A program made the position numbers and the translations under genes. Shown here piece by piece: positions 60,335 to 64,000 of a stretch of 64,000 nt of DNA (its first letter is position 1; every line of letters begins with the position of its first letter). Source of the DNA: Azolla caroliniana (Eukaryota; Plantae; Polypodiophyta); assembly GCA_043228905.1 (NCBI GenBank), contig JBHGNT010000013.1, forward strand, positions 20,398,001-20,462,000. The letters are read 5' to 3'. The notes under the pieces were generated by a model that saw only the letters and a list, made by a program, of their open reading frames with translations, was not told the DNA's origin and ran no database searches.

Positions 60335-63300
60335 ATGGAGTCTATTTCTCCATCTTTAATTGAGCAGCTCAAAGAACTGATTGATCAAGGTAAAAGACCT
60401 AGAAATGCTCTACTCTTCGAGTTTTTTTCTGTATATTCATTTGAAATCCCTTGTAAATAGATGCTTGTTTTCTGATTGAAGTTTCTTCAGCACAAAAGGT
60501 TTGTTTTGTACCACATTCTTTCCGAGATTTTGTTGAGTTATTTAAGTGCTTTTATGAGCAATTTCTTGAGTTTTGCTATTAGGTTTTAGTGTTTTTGTTG
60601 TGAGTTTTGCAGTCTATTTTTATTTTAATTGTTTTGGGCAATTGTGGAAAAACGTTGCTCACAAATAATTACTTTAATTACCAACCTTCTTTTCAGCTTC
60701 TGCAGAAGACAAGAAACTGGCCACAGCCTTCCAGGTCAGCAGTTCAAATCATACGCACAACTAATTTTTTTCTGTTTCATGTTATGGAATCATGAGAAAT
60801 ATGCATTTATCTATGTTGTGAAACAGAAGAAATATGGGTTAGATGCGTGTGTTTGTTAAGTAACATGCTGATTTTTTTGAATCAGGAGACATATTTTGGC
60901 GTAATAAACAATGCATATATTTTTCTCAGTGAAGCATAAATAATATAAAATTTTAATGTTTGTAATAAGTAATGTATGTTTTAATGTGAATAATAAGAAA
61001 TATATGTTTATTATGCAAATGAAGACAAGTATGTCTTTAAAGTAAGCAGTTTGATCCCATCCACATATTTTTCTTTTGTTTTCTTTTGTATGTGTGGATC
61101 ATAAGAAATATTTACATGTTCATAATCGTCATTTTCTTGGTTTTTGTCTTTTGGGCATAAAAAATAAAACAGAATCTGCATCAAGGATATCCAGATCAAA
61201 CCCTCGAAAGGTTTTTGAAAGCCCGCGAAAACAATGTCACTAAAGCATTCAAGATGGTAACATGTTAATTCAATCCTGATGAATATCTATACTGCATAAT
61301 GTTTGTGAAAAAAAATTGTTTAAAATTTACCTGAGCTCTCATTCATAAGTTAAATAGGAAATTATGAGAATAATACTGCCAATTTATAGGAATTCAGTAG
61401 ATTTTTTATTTTGTTTTATATTTTTCTTGGAATTTTTTTAATCTATTTACAAATATTTCCAACCCTCAAGTTCAAAAGTTTGGTCAAAGTTTTAATGAAA
61501 AAAGGACATATTTCTTTTGGACATGCTATGCATATAATGCATTGGTCTACTCTCTAAACAATTAATAGATGGAGATAATGTTTCTAGGCCTTGGATTGCA
61601 TGCGTTGGAGGATAGATAATGACATCGACAACATCCTTGCGGTGAGCACATCAGGATCAACTTTCTTGCTGCTTGAACATGAATGCAGTACTGTCATTAA
61701 AAACAAATGTGAACCTTTAAATATAGAAAATTATATGCAACCTGCGTGTGCAATGCATATAAAATATAAGCTTGCAGAAAGGAAACTCAGATTTAGTTAT
61801 GATGGGTTTTAAGTTTTGAAAATTTAGTTTTGGATCTTTTAAAGTGAATGGATGAGTTGTAGAGTATCATGATGTGAATATGAACACATGTTAGATCTAA
61901 TCATAGGTGCTGAGAGGTGATTGTAGATCCTTCAAGAGTCTGTGGCCATTGGTTTAATAATCTAGTGTCATAAACATGAAATTTAGTAAGAGAGCTAGTA
62001 TATGCACCTACTCAACTTTATTTTCTTTAACCCATAATGTTCATTACTTTGTTTTTTCTGGCGAGTACTTTTTTGAATACTTTCATATGCCTAATTGTGA
62101 TATATGATGTTTCTGAGCTGTTTCTAATGAACACAACGTCATACTATGGCTGGCGGTTGCAGAAACTTATTGAACCCAAAGAGATATATGATGCCATACG
62201 GGACTCACAATTGATTGGAGTAACTGGTTATTGCAAAAAGGTAAGGATGTATGTTTGTATTTATTTTGATATTCTTGTTACAAACGTACAATGTTAACTT
62301 GTTCCCATGAAAAGATATATATTGTATGTCTGTTAGCTCCAATTTGCGGTCAAGTTAAGATTAATAGATACTTATTTATTTGTTTCAGTTTTTGTCTCAT
62401 CTATAGGTCTATTAAGCCATTTGTTGGATCGCCAATTTGAGTTGAGTTAGCACTGTTAGCAATTTCTTATTTGTGTTTGAGATATCATTCATGGTTCGTC
62501 ATCATGTCGGAAATTATGATTTATTATGAAATGCAATGGTGCTATTTTGATCTGCTTTTTGACTCTTGCATTCATCTCTTCCATTTGTATCTCGATTTGA
62601 GTATCTAGTGCTTTTATAAAGCTGTAAAATTTGGATACTTTGCTCATATAAAGCTTAATAATAAAAATTGGATATTTCTTAACTTCTTCTGTGTGCTGAG
62701 GTATCAAATATTTATATAGGGTCGCCCAGTATTTGCCATTGGGGTGGGACTGAGTGGCTATGACAAAGCCTCTGTAAGTTATCTTTCTTTAAAGCTCTAC
62801 TTGATAGATGTGCATTTGTAAGATGCAAGCTTACTTATGGATCATACTTGGTTTCATACTACAGGTAGATAAATATGTGCAGTCACATATTCAAATCAAT
62901 GAATACCGTGATCGGGTTCTGTTGGTAAGTCTTTTTGCCTTTCCTTGTTATTGGAATTATATTGTTGTTCTTTTCAGGGGGCTATATTTACTCGTCATAA
63001 ACATTCTTTCTCCATTATTTCATGAATGAATTTCATGCTTTTAAAGCAAAGTTTGGAAGATTTATGTCTACCCTTTCATGAATGTGCCAAAGTTTTTAAA
63101 GTACAATGGGAAGATTTATATTGTCTCTTCCACAAATATTCTGATCAATGGTTTTAAAGTAAGTTTGAGGATTTAGATTCACCATTTCATGAATGAGCCC
63201 TGTTTTGAAAGCAAAATCGGAAGATTTATAGTCACTATTTCATGAATGAGCCTGTTTTGAAAGCAAACCTTGAGGATTGATATTCACAAATTTGTTCACC

Positions 63301-63913
63301 CTTTCATGAATAAGCCCTGTTTTAAAAATAATTCTTATTTTGAGAACCTATTTTTGTGTATATGGATCAGCCACAGGCAAGCAAACGGAATGGTCGATAT
63401 GTGGGAACATGTTTAAAGATACTTGACATGAGTAGTTTGAAATTATCAGCACTCAATCGATTGAAGGTTTCATTTCTTCTTCTTCTGATTTCTATGTTTA
63501 TTTTGTCATCCTAATGTTGGTTTCACATCATATTGCTAGTCTAAATTCTTTCTCCTCTCATGCCTTTTCTGTGCAGATATTGACCGTTATTTCCACTGTT
63601 GATGACTTGAACTACCCAGAAAAGACCGACGTGTATTACATAGTCAATGCCCCATACATATTTTCAGCATGTTGGAAGGTTAGATGTATCTTCGTTAAGA
63701 ATGTATGAATTCATTACTGTGATTTATACAATATTCTAACATGTTGGATGACAAAAAATTAAGAAGAAATAAATAAGAGAGAGCAAGAGAGAAGTTTCAA
63801 ATATGTACATATTAAGAGATAGGCGATTTCAGGTTGTAAAGCCTCTTCTACAAGAAAGAACGAAAAGGAAAATACAAGTCCTAGACGGTTGTGGCAGGGA
63901 TGAGCTTCTCAAG
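60335..63913 (+). CDS. SEC14-like CRAL-TRIO lipid-transfer protein, 3'-incomplete
   Basis: GT-AG exons 60335-60389, 60706-60734, 61173-61256, 61588-61641, 62163-62240, 62720-62773, 62865-62924, 63371-63466, 63577-63678, 63833-63913 splice in frame: HQGYP..TLERFLKARE, WRIDNDIDNIL, QSHIQINEYRDRV, ILDMSSLKLS, DDLNYPEKT..YYIVNAPYIFSACWKVVKPLLQERTKRKI. Confidence 0.92.
63018..63330. repeat. Intronic minisatellite, about six degenerate ~55-bp units
   Basis: TTCATGAATG...TTTT.AAAG...GA.GATTTA recurs in intron 7 of the SEC14-like gene. Confidence 0.7.
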
Positions 63914-64000
63914 GTATACAATATGTCAATACAAAACTATTATAGAGGCAGTTGAGTGGATAGGCACATTAGAAGCTCTATAAAACAGTTTTGACTAGTG

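Overview
Eukaryotic, repeat-rich land-plant nuclear DNA. The Tcn1-like chromovirus and RTE-X-like LINE suggest a non-seed plant such as a fern or lycophyte; this is inference. The first ~24 kb is a stack of LTR retrotransposons. It includes a four-level nest with all TSDs visible: Gypsy gag relic > Copia A (6847-23687) > Gypsy chromovirus B (8380-19365) > intact Copia C (12517-17814). A chimeric Copia and solo LTRs lie upstream of the nest. The 24-43 kb region holds a long inverted repeat, a hAT MITE and LINE fragments. There are two host genes: an AGCVIII Ser/Thr kinase (43337-45385, 2 exons) and a SEC14/CRAL-TRIO gene (60335 to beyond the window end, 10 exons seen). Between them sits a young Gypsy E (46486-53537). 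The most interesting signals are in Gypsy B. It has no tRNA primer site but a 12-nt self-priming match to its predicted transcript start, a GUUAAAC plus pseudoknot -1 frameshift signal, and a tRNA-like A/B-box module at the U3 end of its LTR, which recurs in a different solo LTR. Gypsy E has TG...TA termini and an evenly spaced five-hairpin array in its leader. All alignments and counts were done by eye.
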